This document shows, piece by piece, positions 51,280 through 63,474 of a stretch of 64,000 nt of DNA (the first letter of the stretch is position 1; every line of letters starts with the position of its first letter). Both the position numbers and the translations under genes were made by a program. The stretch lies in the NCBI RefSeq assembly GCF_036321535.1, contig NC_087436.1:49168001-49232000 (forward strand), in the 5' to 3' direction. The notes under the pieces are model-generated. The model was not told the origin of the DNA. It worked only from the letters and a program-made list of their open reading frames with translations, and did no database searches. This DNA comes from Camelus dromedarius. Lineage: Eukaryota.

Positions 51280-52293
51280 GAGAGTGGCTACATAATTTGT
51301 TGGACTTGGTGTAACATGAAAATGTGGGGTTCCAGAGTTAAAATAAATAGGAAAAGAATTGCCCATAAAGGGTTCATATGAACTTCCATGACTTGGCAAG
51401 TTGTTTTCAATTTGCTGTTTACTGTTGTTCTGAGTTAAGAAGAATGAGAATCTGGAATTATTACCATGAATTTTACCATTGAACTTTATATTGCACAATG
51501 CTCATTTAAAATGCAAATATCAGAGTATCTTACTCATGCAGAATCACTGAAATTATACAGTTTGAATTTTGTGGCTCATTCCTTCAACGAGTTCTTCAAA
51601 CTGGCCAGGTAAGGGAAACACAATCCAGACTCAGGAAGGTTGGAAGGAGGGCGAGAGGGTTCCTCCCAGTTCACAGGGATACAGGAGGGGCAGGTGTAGA
51701 TCCTCACAGGTACCCGAGGGCCATGCTCTGCCACACAGACCTGTTTGTCTTCCTACCAGCAGCCAGATCTCTGGGCTGTGCCTTGGCTGAGGGCTGGGTC
51801 TGGGGAAATTGAGCTAGGAGCATCTTTCTGCAGTGACACCCAGGAGAGTACCCAAGAATCTTTAAGCCTCCACTCCGGTAGCAGCGTGGTACCTGCATCA
51901 GGGATGAATGTGTGAGGAGCCTCCCTTGCTGAGATGCTGCCAGCCTCATTAGTGTTCTGCCCTGAGATGCCACCTGGCATGCTTGGCTGACCCAAATCCT
52001 CCTCCACACCCTGCCTGGGATAGAGAGCAGCTGCGGTCACAGGGCAGGGGCAGGCGGGAGGCTGGGTGGAGCCTGGGCACCAGTACCATCCATGGGATGT
52101 GGCATGAGCCAGGCTGCAAGCCTCAGCTCATTTGCCATTGTCCCATCAGACTTCATTTACAAAAAGTACATAAAGAAAGTTTTTAAGACTTTCAAAAGAG
52201 TGACAGCGAGAGCATTAAACCTTAAGTAGGGGACCATCTGAAGTTGGAACCTTATGTGACTGCGCTGGTTTCATGCGCATGAAACCCGCCCTG
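51280..52293 (-). mobile_element. hAT-Tip100 element with MER91-like termini (~1 kb)
   Basis: Left end ggctacataatttg...atgaaaatgtgggg; right end gagcattaaacc...atgaaacccgccctg. Confidence 0.5.
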
Positions 52294-53049
52294 GCTGTCA
52301 TCAACTCATAGAAAATGAAACAGGTTATTAGGTTTACGGCTCTGTGTGTTCCAGGCCCTTGACTCCATGCTACCTCTTTCAGAGAACCAGGAGTATGATC
52401 TCCCTCCCTCTGCCATTGTCTTTCATTTCCATTTTGCCCCTACAGATTAAGTATAAAAAAAATACAGGACTATCCGTACCGGTAGACAATGTGCTTCTCT
52501 ACCTGTAAGTGACATAATTGTAGGTAACAGTTGCCATGGAGTTTCAAGGGGATGATTGATATCAGACAGTTTTCATCTTGTCCAAAAAGTGCTGGAGGCT
52601 CTTTGCGATGGTGTTGCAGCCCTCCCGGGGCTCAGGAGGATGTTGGTGCAACTTTGTAGTGGTGTGAATGTGCTCAGGCCCATTTGGGGAGAGGTCAAGT
52701 GAAAATGCGAAGGGGTTAATCTACGCTGCAAATGAATGCCCTGGTCAGTCCAGTTTGTCCTCCACATCCCAAGAGGAAAACTCCTGGCAACCTGAGAGGC
52801 TCCAGGCAGAGCACCCTGGAACAGAACCTACACAGTGAAATAGAGGTGTGCTCACCCCCGTCTCTCTTTCCTCCTGTATCACACTTAATTTTTCCTAGTG
52901 GGGAAAGATATGAACAAACCAGAAACACACTAAGTGTGAATGTATTAAGTCTAGGCTAAGCTTTCTATTTGGTTCTGAGTGTTCTTTGGTGGCGTGGAAT
53001 GCGGGGCAGGAAAGGAAGGCGAAGGAGGCTTTATTTGGTCTCAGAAATA

Positions 53050-53255
53050 AACTTCCGAAATAAAGATGACGTATTGTGCTTCACAAACATCCTCTCATTT
53101 AATTCTGGTAATTCATCTGCAAGATAGCCGTCATGAGCCCTCTCTCTGAGGGAGGGCAGTAAGGCTCAGAAAGGCCAAGTAACTTGTCTGAGTTCAGACC
53201 TGGCAGAACCAGAATCTGAAGCCAGATCTGTCTAACTGAAAAGCTCATGGTCTTT
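53050..53255 (-). mobile_element. MIR
   Basis: aaggctcagaaaggccaagtaacttgtctgag...gaagccagatctgtctaact. Confidence 0.75.
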
Positions 53256-53541
53256 CTTTTGAGACCAGGCTCGTCCTCTTACAGCAAGTGAGTCTTTCCC
53301 CCGGGTCCCAAGAAGACCATCGGTGACACATTTTCTAGGAGGTCTAGTCAGTACCAAGGAGGGGTTTCTCCAACAGCTTTTCTACTGGCAAGCCAGACTT
53401 CACAACATTTTCAAACAGAGTGGAGAGAGTGAGAGAAAGAGGGAGGAGAGGGAAGGATGGAGAGGAACGCTTTTCCTAATGGGAAGTTTTAATTTTCTGG
53501 CTTCCTGGTGGGTAAAAGGAGTTGTATCTCTCTACACACAA

Positions 53542-53712
53542 CTCTCTCCCCCTCCCCCCTCTACTTCCCCTCCCTCTCTCCCTCCCCCCTCCCTCCCCCT
53601 CCCTCCTCCTCCCTCCCCCTCCCTCCTCCCTCCCCCCCTCCTCCCTCCTCCCTCCCCCTCTCTCTCCCTCAGCCCTTCTCCTTTCCCACCACTTCTTCCC
53701 TCCCCAGCTCCC
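53542..53712. repeat. C/T-rich low-complexity polypyrimidine tract
   Basis: ~170 bp almost entirely C/T, built from CCT/CCCT/CCCCCT units. Confidence 0.95.
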
Positions 53713-54849
53713 TCAGTAATCCTGGCAGCCATAACTGGTACATTAAATCCACGTATATGATTTAAGAGAAAGCAGGTGGAGGGTTTTTCTGGCCTTAGCC
53801 CGGTTCAGTTTTCCTCTCTCTGATGATCAAATGTAGATGCTATACAACACCCCATTGTAAGGTCAAGTTCTTTCATTTCTGGGCTCAGTCTGTGTGCAAC
53901 TCTGAGGTAGATGGACCTCTGCCACTTTTGAGTCTTGGCCCTCCCTGGAGTACCGTGCTCATCATGGAATACTTGAGCTAGAGCATCGACTTTGAGCAAA
54001 CGTGGTTCTCCGGTCTTGCTTTCTCCCTCTGACAGCCTCACCCACAGCCCTTCCCCACCCCCTACTCTATGACCCCATTTCCAGGATGGCAGGGCTCTCT
54101 TGAGTCATTCTTTCTGTTTCCAGATGGCTCACATTAATAGTGACTCAGAGCTGAACAGCCCTCTTTTCTCTGAAATATCTCATGATGAGATTCAGAGAGC
54201 GGCTTCTGGGCGTCTTTCTGTCCTTCCGTTTCAGAGTGTCATTCTGTGCAGCCCTGGGGGTTTTCCCTCTGCTCACATTCTGGTTATGAATGGTTACCAT
54301 GAGAGCGGGTGATTCATCATTTAATATACCAAGGGGTAGGCGAGGCTCTGTGACATCAGCTGCTGGCGTGTGCTTGGAACCAGACGCACGCCCACCTACA
54401 CCCACACTGTTTGGCTTTTGTCATTCAGAGCTGGAAGCACTGACTAGAGCAGGGTCCCAGGTGTTGTGACACCACATCACGGGGTGCTGTTTTCCACCAG
54501 CTCTCTTAGAGAGTCAGACATGCAAGGCCCACCTGGGGGTTAGGTGGATGTGATGTAAACTCAGTGTTCTAAGTGGTGTCATTGGATCTGAGACATTTTG
54601 TCTTTCCCTTCCCCTCTCCCTCTCTCTGATCCAGATCCCTTTGCCAGGGAACAAAGGAAGAGGGGGCAGTATTTCTTAATGGAGCCCAGACACAACCCAC
54701 AGGACTCCACTGGCAGTCCTGGATGAGGGTAATTTTACATGTGGCCCTCTGGGAGCTCTAGTCATAAATAGACAGCTGGGCAAAGGGCTGAGCTGCTGAA
54801 CCTATGGCTGTTTTGATTGGTCGGCCAGAGATCCAGATAAAAGAGAATT

Positions 54850-55080
54850 CCTCGCATCTGCCTTCCTTTCATCCAGGCTCTGGAGTCACGTCTCAGCTCT
54901 GCGATCTGGAGAAAATGATTTCAGTTCTTTGTCTCAGTTTTCTCAACTATAAAATGGAGCTAATAACAGGACTTCCCTTAAATGGTGATTAATGAGGAAT
55001 GAAAGTTTATCCACATAAGGCACTTAGATCAATCTTTGGCCCATGGGGAAATTGTCTATGAAGGTTAGTGATTACTAATA
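54850..55080 (+). mobile_element. MIR
   Basis: gtctcagttttctcaactataaaatggagctaataac...aaggcacttag. Confidence 0.7.
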
Positions 55081-55534
55081 TCTTTACTAAGCTTATAACT
55101 TCCTAAGCTGCAAATAGACAAGGGACATCACAGCCTACCTGGAGATGAAAGCAGGGCCTTTGGGAAGTTCTGTACCTTGGCCTGAAAATACTGTGACTGG
55201 CCAGCAGAGTCCTCCCCATCCACAGGCACGGAGTGCTCCGTGGAGATGCTCTCCACCTGCTGCTGTACTCGCAAGGACGCCTGTAGGAGGCAGGGCCCAG
55301 TCATGTTTATCTTTACCTCCAGGGCTCTTTGCGGTTCTTCCACAAAGACTGGCGTCTTATAGATGCTCAACTGAATTGATATTGAAGGCCGTTATTTGAC
55401 ATCTTTGCCATGAAAGTCCTTGCCTGTGCGGAGCTGACTGCCCCAGAGCACAGTGGAGGTTGACTTCAGGCATCAGTAGCTCCGGAATTCCTGATGACTA
55501 TGATGCAAGTGCCCCAAGAGCACAGAGGTGTTTT

Positions 55535-55712
55535 TTGTTTTTAATTTTTTTGGGGGGCGGGGTGTGCATAATTAGGTTTATTTATATATTTTTAAAATTT
55601 GCATTTTTTAATTGAAATGGTTATTATTTTTTTTAATGGAGATACTGGGTATTGAACCCAGGACCTCATACATGCCAGGCATGTGCTCTACCACTGAGCT
55701 ATACCCTTCCCC
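55535..55712 (-). mobile_element. Camelid tRNA-derived SINE
   Basis: taattaggttt...ggagatactgggtattgaacccaggacctc...ctaccactgagctataccc. Confidence 0.9.
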
Positions 55713-55925
55713 CTCCCCGCCTGTTTTGTTTCTAAACTGGTATATCTCCAGTGTCTAGACCAGGACCTGGCACATGATTGATATTCAATAAATATTTGTT
55801 GAAGGTATAAATAAATGAAAAACATTGGAAGGGCTTCAGGAGGTAATGTTTAGAAGGGGACGCAAAGGGACTGACTTTTCTTAAAATCACATATGTTAAA
55901 GTCCACATTTTCAACTTAGGTTTTA

Positions 55926-58041
55926 TTTTTTTATTTTGATTGTGATTATACGTGACATAAAATTTACCATTTTAACAATTTTTAGGTATATAGTTCAGTG
56001 GCATTTAGTACATTCACATGTTATGTGACCATCTCCATTATCCATTTCCAGAAATTTTTCAAGTTTCCCAAACTGAAATTCTATTCCCATTAAACACTAA
56101 CTCCCCATTTTCCTCTACTCCCAACTCTGGCAGCAACTGTTCAATTTTCTGTCTCTGTAAATCTGACTCCTCTAGGTGCCTCATATAAGAGAAATCATAC
56201 AACATTTGTCTTTTTTGTGTCTGGCTTATTTCACTTAGCATAATGTTTTCAAGGTTTATCCATGTTGTAGCATGTCTCAAAATTATTCCTTTGTGGCTGA
56301 ATAATATTCCATTGCATGTGTATGTACTATACTTTGTTTTTCCATTTGTCTTAGTCAGTTTGCTGTAACAAACTACCTTAGGCTGGGTAGCTAAAACAAT
56401 ACACATATATTTCTTATGCTGGGAATCAGAGATCAAGGGCCCAGTAGATCCTGGGCAAAATCTTCTTCCTGGTTTGCAGCTGGCTCTCCTTGCTGTATCC
56501 TCACGTGGTGCAGAGCAGAGAGGGAGCCAGCTCTTGTGTCTCTTCTGATGAGGACACTAATCTCATTCATGAGGGGTCCATCATCATGCCCTAATTACCT
56601 CCCCAAAGACCCACCTCCTAATACCATCACATTGCAGGGGTTAGGATTTCAACATATGAACTTTGGAGGAGGGCACAGATATTTGATCCATAATACCATT
56701 CATCTGTCAGTGGATATTAGGGCTGCTTCCACCTCTTGTGAATAACGATGCCTAAGAACATGGGCGTACGTATATCTGAGTCTCTGCTTTCACTTATTTT
56801 GGGTATGCACCCCAAAGTGAAATTGCTAGATGATATGGTAATTCTGTGTTTGATTTTTCAAGAAACCATTCCACACTGAACCATTTTACATTCCCACCAG
56901 CAATGCATGAGAGTTCTACTTTCTTCATTCCTCACCTGCACACTTGTGGAAATCCTGATGAGTGTGAGGTGTTACCATGTCATTGTGGCTGACTTGCGTT
57001 TCTGTAATGATTACTGATGTTGAACATCTTTTCATGTCTACTGGTCTTTTGTACATCTCCTCAGAGAAATGTTCATTCAGGTCCTTCATCATTTTGTAAC
57101 TGGGTTGTGTGTTTTGTTGTTGAGTAAGCTAGTTTTAAATGTTTTGTCTAGTAAATCTGATGCCTGTGCTTCTTTAGGGATGCTTTCTGTCAGTTTATTT
57201 TCTTCTTTGGAATGGACCGTATTTTCCTGTTTCTTTGTGTACCTTGTGATTTTTTTTTTTATTGTTGAAAATCAAGCATTTGGAAAAATAGCAGTCTCTC
57301 CCAGTCTTTGTAGACTGGCTCCATGCTAGGGTGGTCCTTTACTAATTAGCTAGGTGTGCTCTGGGCCTTGGGATAAGCCTGAGTGGAAAACTTAAGGACT
57401 TTTCTGAGCATGAGTTTGGTCTAGGCCCGTGTGTAATTTTTTTAATCACCCACCCGCTGCCCTCAACACACACACATACAAGGCTGCTTTTGAATGTTTT
57501 ACTTCTCCACAGTGTCTCACCCAGCTTCTCAGCAGGGCTACTGATGGTCTGTTGTATGTCTCCATCAGTCACCTCTTACTCTGGACACCTACTGGTCTCA
57601 GTCGCCTTGTAGCTTTCTTGACCGACTCCCATTCCTTCTCCCCACCTGAGCTCTAAGTTGGATGAAACAGAGACTAGGCATTCAGGCGGATGCCAGACAG
57701 GCTAGAACATTGCAGATAAGATCTGCTCTGACCCACTGGCTCATGGGAAGGAGTTGGAAACTGAGATGTGGCCTTTTCTAGACTAACACTGCCTCCCTCA
57801 GACTCTGCCTTGCCCAGGAGGTGGTGGAGCGAAGGCAAGTAAAATAGCACAAAGGTTCCTACCATTTTTCATGTGGCTTTTTCTTGATTGGGTGTCCTCT
57901 TGGTTGCTGGTAGACTTTTGACTTCTTTATTCTAGCACTCCTATAAGGTTATTTTAGCGTGTGTATGTGTGTGTGTGTGATGTTTCTGTGGGAAAGTAAG
58001 GGCTTGGAGATTCCTAGTCCACAATTTTGTTGACATCACTC
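55926..58041 (-). mobile_element. L1MB-like element with 5' and 3' ends but a large internal deletion, containing a nested LTR
   Basis: 3'UTR and ORF2 end (55926 to ~57125) joined to early ORF1/5'UTR (~57125-58041); candidate TSD ttca(a/t)cttaggt(t/g)tta. Confidence 0.7.
56347..56695 (-). mobile_element. MLT1A-like solo LTR inserted in L1
   Basis: tgtcttagtc...gctgtaacaaactacc...ctaattacctccccaaagacccacctcctaataccatcaca; perfect 5-bp TSD ccatt. Confidence 0.93.
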
Positions 58042-58489
58042 TTCATCTTAGGTGTTAAGACTTCACTTTGGGGGAGTATTAATGGAAATTGATATTTTGA
58101 GTTACCTCACCACTGAAGTTACTCTTAGGCACTCTCCCAGATTTTGGAATTTTGAAACCATGAATGAAATTAGAAACCCCCATTAGAAGGCAAAATAAAG
58201 AGGATCTAGAGAGCCATATTTGGGGTTGGGAGAAGCTGTTCTAACCTCTGCTATGAGGACTTCATTGCAGGTGTTATTCACGTGATCCTCTTGTGTTCTT
58301 TATGAGATACCAGGGGAAAGGTTTTTCTCCTTACCTGGTCTGGGTAAAAATATACAAAGATTCTCTGTAAAGAAGGCAAGACAGTTATCATGCCCATTTG
58401 CTTCATGAGGAAACTGGAAATTAATAGGTGTTTTAGCCGGGATTCTTCTTCCCGCTCTACCGTACCGAGCCTTCTGCCCTCCCTGAAAA

Positions 58490-58612
58490 AGGAAGATTCC
58501 TTTGTAGCTAAAAGCAGGATCTCTGTCTTGTTTGCTCTTGTATCCCCTGCATCTGGAATGCTGCCTGGCACATAGTAGGTTTTCAAGAAGTATTTGTGGA
58601 ATGAATGAGTGA
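58490..58612 (+). mobile_element. L2 3' end
   Basis: tgcctggcacatagtaggttttcaagaagtatttgtggaatgaatgagtga. Confidence 0.8.
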
Positions 58613-58687
58613 CTGTGAGGAGCCAGTTTCCTATAGTATATGAGAGAAAAAAAGAGAACTTTTAAAACCATTTAAAAATTTTATTTA

Positions 58688-58800
58688 GGGGAGGATGTTA
58701 CAGTGGTAGGGTATGTGCTTAACATGCATGAGGTCCTGGGTTCAATCCCCAGTTCCTCCATTAAATAAATAAGTAAATAAATCTAATTACCCCCGCCCCC
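58688..58800 (+). mobile_element. Camelid tRNA-derived SINE
   Basis: ggggaggatgttacagtggtag...gaggtcctgggttcaatccccag...atctaattacccc; degenerate TSD aaa(t/g)ttt(t)(a/g)tttag. Confidence 0.88.
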
Positions 58801-58804
58801 AAAG

Positions 58805-59165
58805 TTTTGTTTAGTGAACTTTATAATGAAGTATACATGCAGAGAAGGGCATCCGTCCTAAGTATATAGGTCAGTGAGCTCCCGCATGGACACATCCTGT
58901 AACCTGCTCTCAGATACAGATGTAACCAGCTTCTAGATACAGAAAGAAAACACCCTCTGACAATCAGTACACACCACTAACCCTCTGCCTTCTCTCTGAA
59001 GGGTAACAACCACCCTGCTTTCTTAATGTCATGGATTTGTCTTGCCTATCTTTGAACTTTCTATGGATTAAATAGTGTAATAAGTCCTTTTTGGTTTTTG
59101 GCTTTTTTGTTATTGCTGTTCAACATTTTGTGAGATTCATCTATGCTGCTGAGTGAAGTTCTAGT
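58805..59165 (-). mobile_element. Old L1MC/MD-like 3' end
   Basis: ggtaacaaccaccctgctttct, ttcaacattttgtgagattcatctatg. Confidence 0.65.
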
Positions 59166-59259
59166 TGAACTGTGTTACCTTTTGAAACTTTAAAAACATT
59201 TTAGTCTGAAATTAGTCAATGTCGGGTGAAATCCCAGGTTTACAGAATAATAACCTTCT

Positions 59260-59490
59260 CTCAGCACCATTTAGTGAGCACACAGGGACAGACACTATGC
59301 TGAGAACTGACATTCATGAATGATCTTACTTAACCCTTTCAACAGTTTCCTGAGCTGTGGGTATCATTCTCCCCACTTTCTTGGTAAAGAAACTCAAACA
59401 TGAAGAAGTTAACTAGCTTGCTAGTTAATTACAGGTTCATAATTGATGAAACCCTCATTTGAACTCGGGCCCCACAGTCAGCCATGCCCG
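59260..59490 (-). mobile_element. MIR
   Basis: catttagtgagc...cagacactatgctgag...gaagttaactagcttgc...atttgaactcggg. Confidence 0.65.
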
Positions 59491-62289
59491 TGCTTACATT
59501 GACTGCCACTCTCATTTATCTTCTCCACATGGGATTCCTTTAAGAAACTGTTTTAAAATGAATATGCATTTAGGTAAAGCCAGAGGGGAAAGCGGGGCTG
59601 GTACTGATTTGGAGATGGCTGTCTTTCAGCCATCTTCACTGTGCGATTGGACAGCTTCCCAGGACCTCTTTGCTGTCTTGAAATGTGTGTACACTGACCC
59701 TTTGAGTCTTTGTCCTCTCGTCACCAGGGCTGACTCAGGGACCCAGAGCCCAGGAAGAGAGGAAGAATACCTGGATCCCGGCCTGTATGTTCTGGATTTC
59801 AGCCTCAGGATAAAGTCAGGAAGGATTGTCTACAGCCATGTCCTGTGTCTTTGGGCCCAACAGTCATGGGTCACAGACCCAGCGAGAGGTCAGCTCCACG
59901 CCAGCTGTTCTCTGTATCTGTGTAGGAGGTGGTGACCTTGGTTGAATTGGCCCAGCTGAGAACTAGGTTCCTCTGTCAAGTGGTGAGCTGCATTTGTGGA
60001 ACTTTTCTCCAGAGGCAAGCTCTCCCAGCCTGGGATTTACTGTGTTTACTTCCCAGCTGTTTTTAACACACCATTCAGAATGATGCAGGTTTTTCTTTTT
60101 TTCTTTTTTTCCTCCTGTTAGATTTTCCTTAGGCCAACATTTGTCCTTCTCCGTTTGGTGGGCCTGAAATACTGCAGGCTCGCTGTGACTCCTGCTTTTG
60201 TGCTCATTTGTAGAAGATACCGGTGAGTGAGGGTAGAGACATCTGTCTGACACTAGCAAAGGCTGTGCTCTCCCCTCTTCCTTGCTGCTCACCATGACCT
60301 GTCCTTTTGTGGGACAGGATACCCCTCAAATGTCCATTCTCCTTTTACTTCAATTTTTGGTTTTGTTTTGTCTTTTAAAAAGCTGTATGTGCTGATTTTA
60401 CAGAATTAGCCAGGACTTAACTCTTGGTTTGGATCTTTCACTTCCCTAGTTTCGGGGGAAAATGCATGCCCTCTGTCCTCTGGCCCCTTTCCCAGTTCTC
60501 TTATTTCAAGCCTTGAGCTCTCTCAGTGTCATCAGCTTCCTCTGTCAGTTCAACGCTTTGCTTCATCTCTGTTGCTTTTAAAGATACAACATACTCTCTG
60601 GGCTTTTATGACCGTGGCCTGTGTTATTTCCTCTGCTGATCTAACTCTTTCAAAAGCGCCTTTCTGCAGCCTCTCCCCTTTCTGCTCCACTTGCTCTTGT
60701 CTCGGAGAATGATCTTTAGCTGGTGAGCACAAGTTCATCCTCCCCGCAGCCTCTCTGAATTGTCTGGAAGAGCCAGGCTTCTCGGCACCAGGCATCTTGT
60801 GGCACACGTTCCAGCGCTCAGCTCACGACATCCTTGCTGCCACGTTTGTGAGAGTCATGCTGCCACCACCACTTACAGGGTGAGGAGATTGTTCCCAAAG
60901 CACAGAGCTGGGAATTAAACTCAGGGTTCTTGAAAGCCCACATTTCTGTCTGCTTTACCCACTTGCCTCCAAGTCCTTTTACCTTTGGTATTTATAAAAG
61001 AATACTGTCCAGAGGAGAAGGGTCCTATCCGAATATTTGTGGAGGGAGCTTCCTAAAATAGAGTGCCCTTCAGGCAGCATTTCTCTGTCCTGTCACCTCC
61101 ATCCTGCAAAGCCCCGCTCACATCTCACCTCTTGTACGCAGCCTTCCCTGGGAACGGCCCCTCCCAGTGCCCCCTGGTTCCTTTGAATAATCCAGAGGCG
61201 TGTTTAACCACGTATTTGGTGCCTAATTATTTCCCACTTCCACTTTGTCATCCACACATCCCACCTCTCATCATCAGCCTCTGAAGGGTGACAGTTCTTT
61301 CCTGTGCTTTGTTTATCTTCCACATTGCCCTGAACATAGTTTGTACCCAGGAAATATATTTAGATCAACTGGATTATTTTGTAGATTCTGGCTCTTCTTC
61401 CGTTTTGTGTTTTGTCCCTTTTTTCCCCTCTTAAGTCCAAGGATTTGCTCTTGAGTTTCCCACCTTCCTTGCTACTTATGAAAGCCCTTGGGTATTCCCA
61501 CGTTGCTGAAGTGTCACTTTCCCAGGCTGCTCAGCCTCTAGGTCTCCCTCCTTTGAGCTCCACATTTCTTAACAGCAACAGCCTTCATCATGCTCCAAGC
61601 CTATGCAACCTTGTCTTAATGCAGTTTCATAATCAGTTCTTTCAGGGAATTGTGATTTAATATCATTTGAATGCCTCTTACATGCCAGATTGGGTGGGAA
61701 GTGGTGGGTGGGGAGTGAAACCAGGGCCCATAGGACCCCCATCCCTGCTTTGACGAGCTAAGCAAGCCAAGCGGCTGTAGCCTGGTGAGTGGTGTGAGAG
61801 GGGAGAGAGGGCTGTGGGGAGGGACGCCAACCCAGGTTGGAGGAGTCGAAGTTTCACAAGGAGTTGCCACTGTGGAGGAACTAAAAAGAGTTCGATATGA
61901 CTAGAGTGTAAGGTGGGACTAAAGATGGGGGCAGAGGAGTGTGGAGAGAGATGCAAGAGATGTGACCAGAACCCAAAGCAGAGACCCATCACAAAGGCTT
62001 CTGCAGGCCCTGGGCAGGAGGTTGAACTTGACCTTAGGAGCAGGAAGAAACCCCTGAAGGGATGTGGTCAGGGGTGGGGGCCGCTCTCAAAGCCTGTCAC
62101 CCTGACTGTGCACAAAGGTCTTTGAAGGCAGACGCTGGTGTAGCTTTTCTGTAACTCAGCAGTACTGGGCACATAATAATGCTTGGCTGTTGAGAGTGAC
62201 GAGCAGGCAGGGGGGAATCCTGGCTCTCCTCCTACCAGCCCCACTGCCTGGGGTGGAATTGAAGGAGGCGGGAAGTGGGCTGCACAGGC

Positions 62290-62440
62290 TACATCTGAGT
62301 GCTTACTCTGTCCTGAGAATGCTGCTACACACTATTTTATGTAAATGATTTTATTTCATCTCCGCAACGACTTTGCAGCAAATGTGTTATCCCTCATTTA
62401 CCAAGTGTCTAAACAAAGCTTAAAGAGGTTATATAATTTA
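62290..62440 (-). mobile_element. MIR
   Basis: ctgagtgcttactctgtcc...atttcatctccgcaacgac...agaggttatataatt. Confidence 0.65.
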
Positions 62441-63265
62441 ATCAATAACAATAATAATAATACTTATTAGATACACTGAGTTACTGCAATTGAAGTGGAC
62501 AAGAAACAACCAACCAACCATATTATAGTTTACACTTAATTCCCCGTCGAACTCAACTTCAGTGGTGGATTTTATTAAAAATGCACTTAATGTTATTTTC
62601 TGCCTCAAATGTCTATCTTCCTAAGGTTTATGATGGCATTATGTTAAAAAAAAAAAAAGAAAAGAAACAGGAGTAAACCCCTGCAAACTTCCTCTTATCC
62701 AAGTTCTACACCAACCTGGACTAGCCTGGGACTTTGCATTGCACGGGATGTTGATGCTTCCTAGTTAAGAAATTGCATGTGCACCTTTGGGGTAAGAGAG
62801 ATTATTTGCCTACTTCTGATTTACAAATTATCTTTTTAGCATTTGAGACATGAGCTGTCACTATACAAAATTTTTATCATAATTACAAATGAGCTTTACA
62901 TATGAAAGACCTACCAGCACTTTTAAGGAAAAAACCCACTTCAGTTAGAAATGGGACACATATTTGATTGCTATCAAATAGCATTTATTTAATACAACGA
63001 TGGAATCTATCAAGTCAGTGGGCTTTTACCTGCCTGTCTCTTCTGCCTTTAGTTGTGGGATCCGCAGCTGTGATTGGGTGGAAACCTCTTGAAGGAAGTA
63101 GAGGAAGGCCTGGCCCACCCCTTACTGCCTTGTGACCTCAGCCAAGTTGCTTTACTGCCCTGGGTCCTGGTTTCGTCGTCATGTTTTTAATTTAAAGAAG
63201 GCTCTTGCCTACTCAAGTACATCACGCCAGTATTCTCCCCTTACTCTTTCTCCCACTTTGTCAAT

Positions 63266-63334
63266 TCTCGTAGAGACTTCCAGTCTGCATACTGAGTCAG
63301 TCTCGTAGAGAATCATTCCAGTCTGCATACTGAG
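63266..63334. repeat. Tandem duplication, 35-bp period
   Basis: tctcgtagaga(c/atca)ttccagtctgcatactgag occurs twice. Confidence 0.9.
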
Positions 63335-63474
63335 ATCCTCCGTGGTATCCCAGCTTAAAAAGCCTTTTCCTTGCCTCCACCTCCCTCCAGATAACGCCTC
63401 ATTTCTCTTCTCTCTTCATAGCAAAACTCCTTGAAACAACCACTGAGACCCACTGTCTGAATTCTCTTCTCCAC

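Noticed and set aside
52570..52705. Coding-looking open stretch (HLVQKVLEALCDG...)
   Set aside because: Short, no recognisable homology and no clear splice boundaries.
53323..53760. 145-aa proline-rich ORF and overlapping ORFs
   Set aside because: They arise from the stop-free C/T low-complexity tract; non-ATG start and no exon evidence.
59459..59935. Longest ORF (158 aa)
   Set aside because: Begins with TTG inside a MIR, has no recognisable domain, and its length is compatible with chance.
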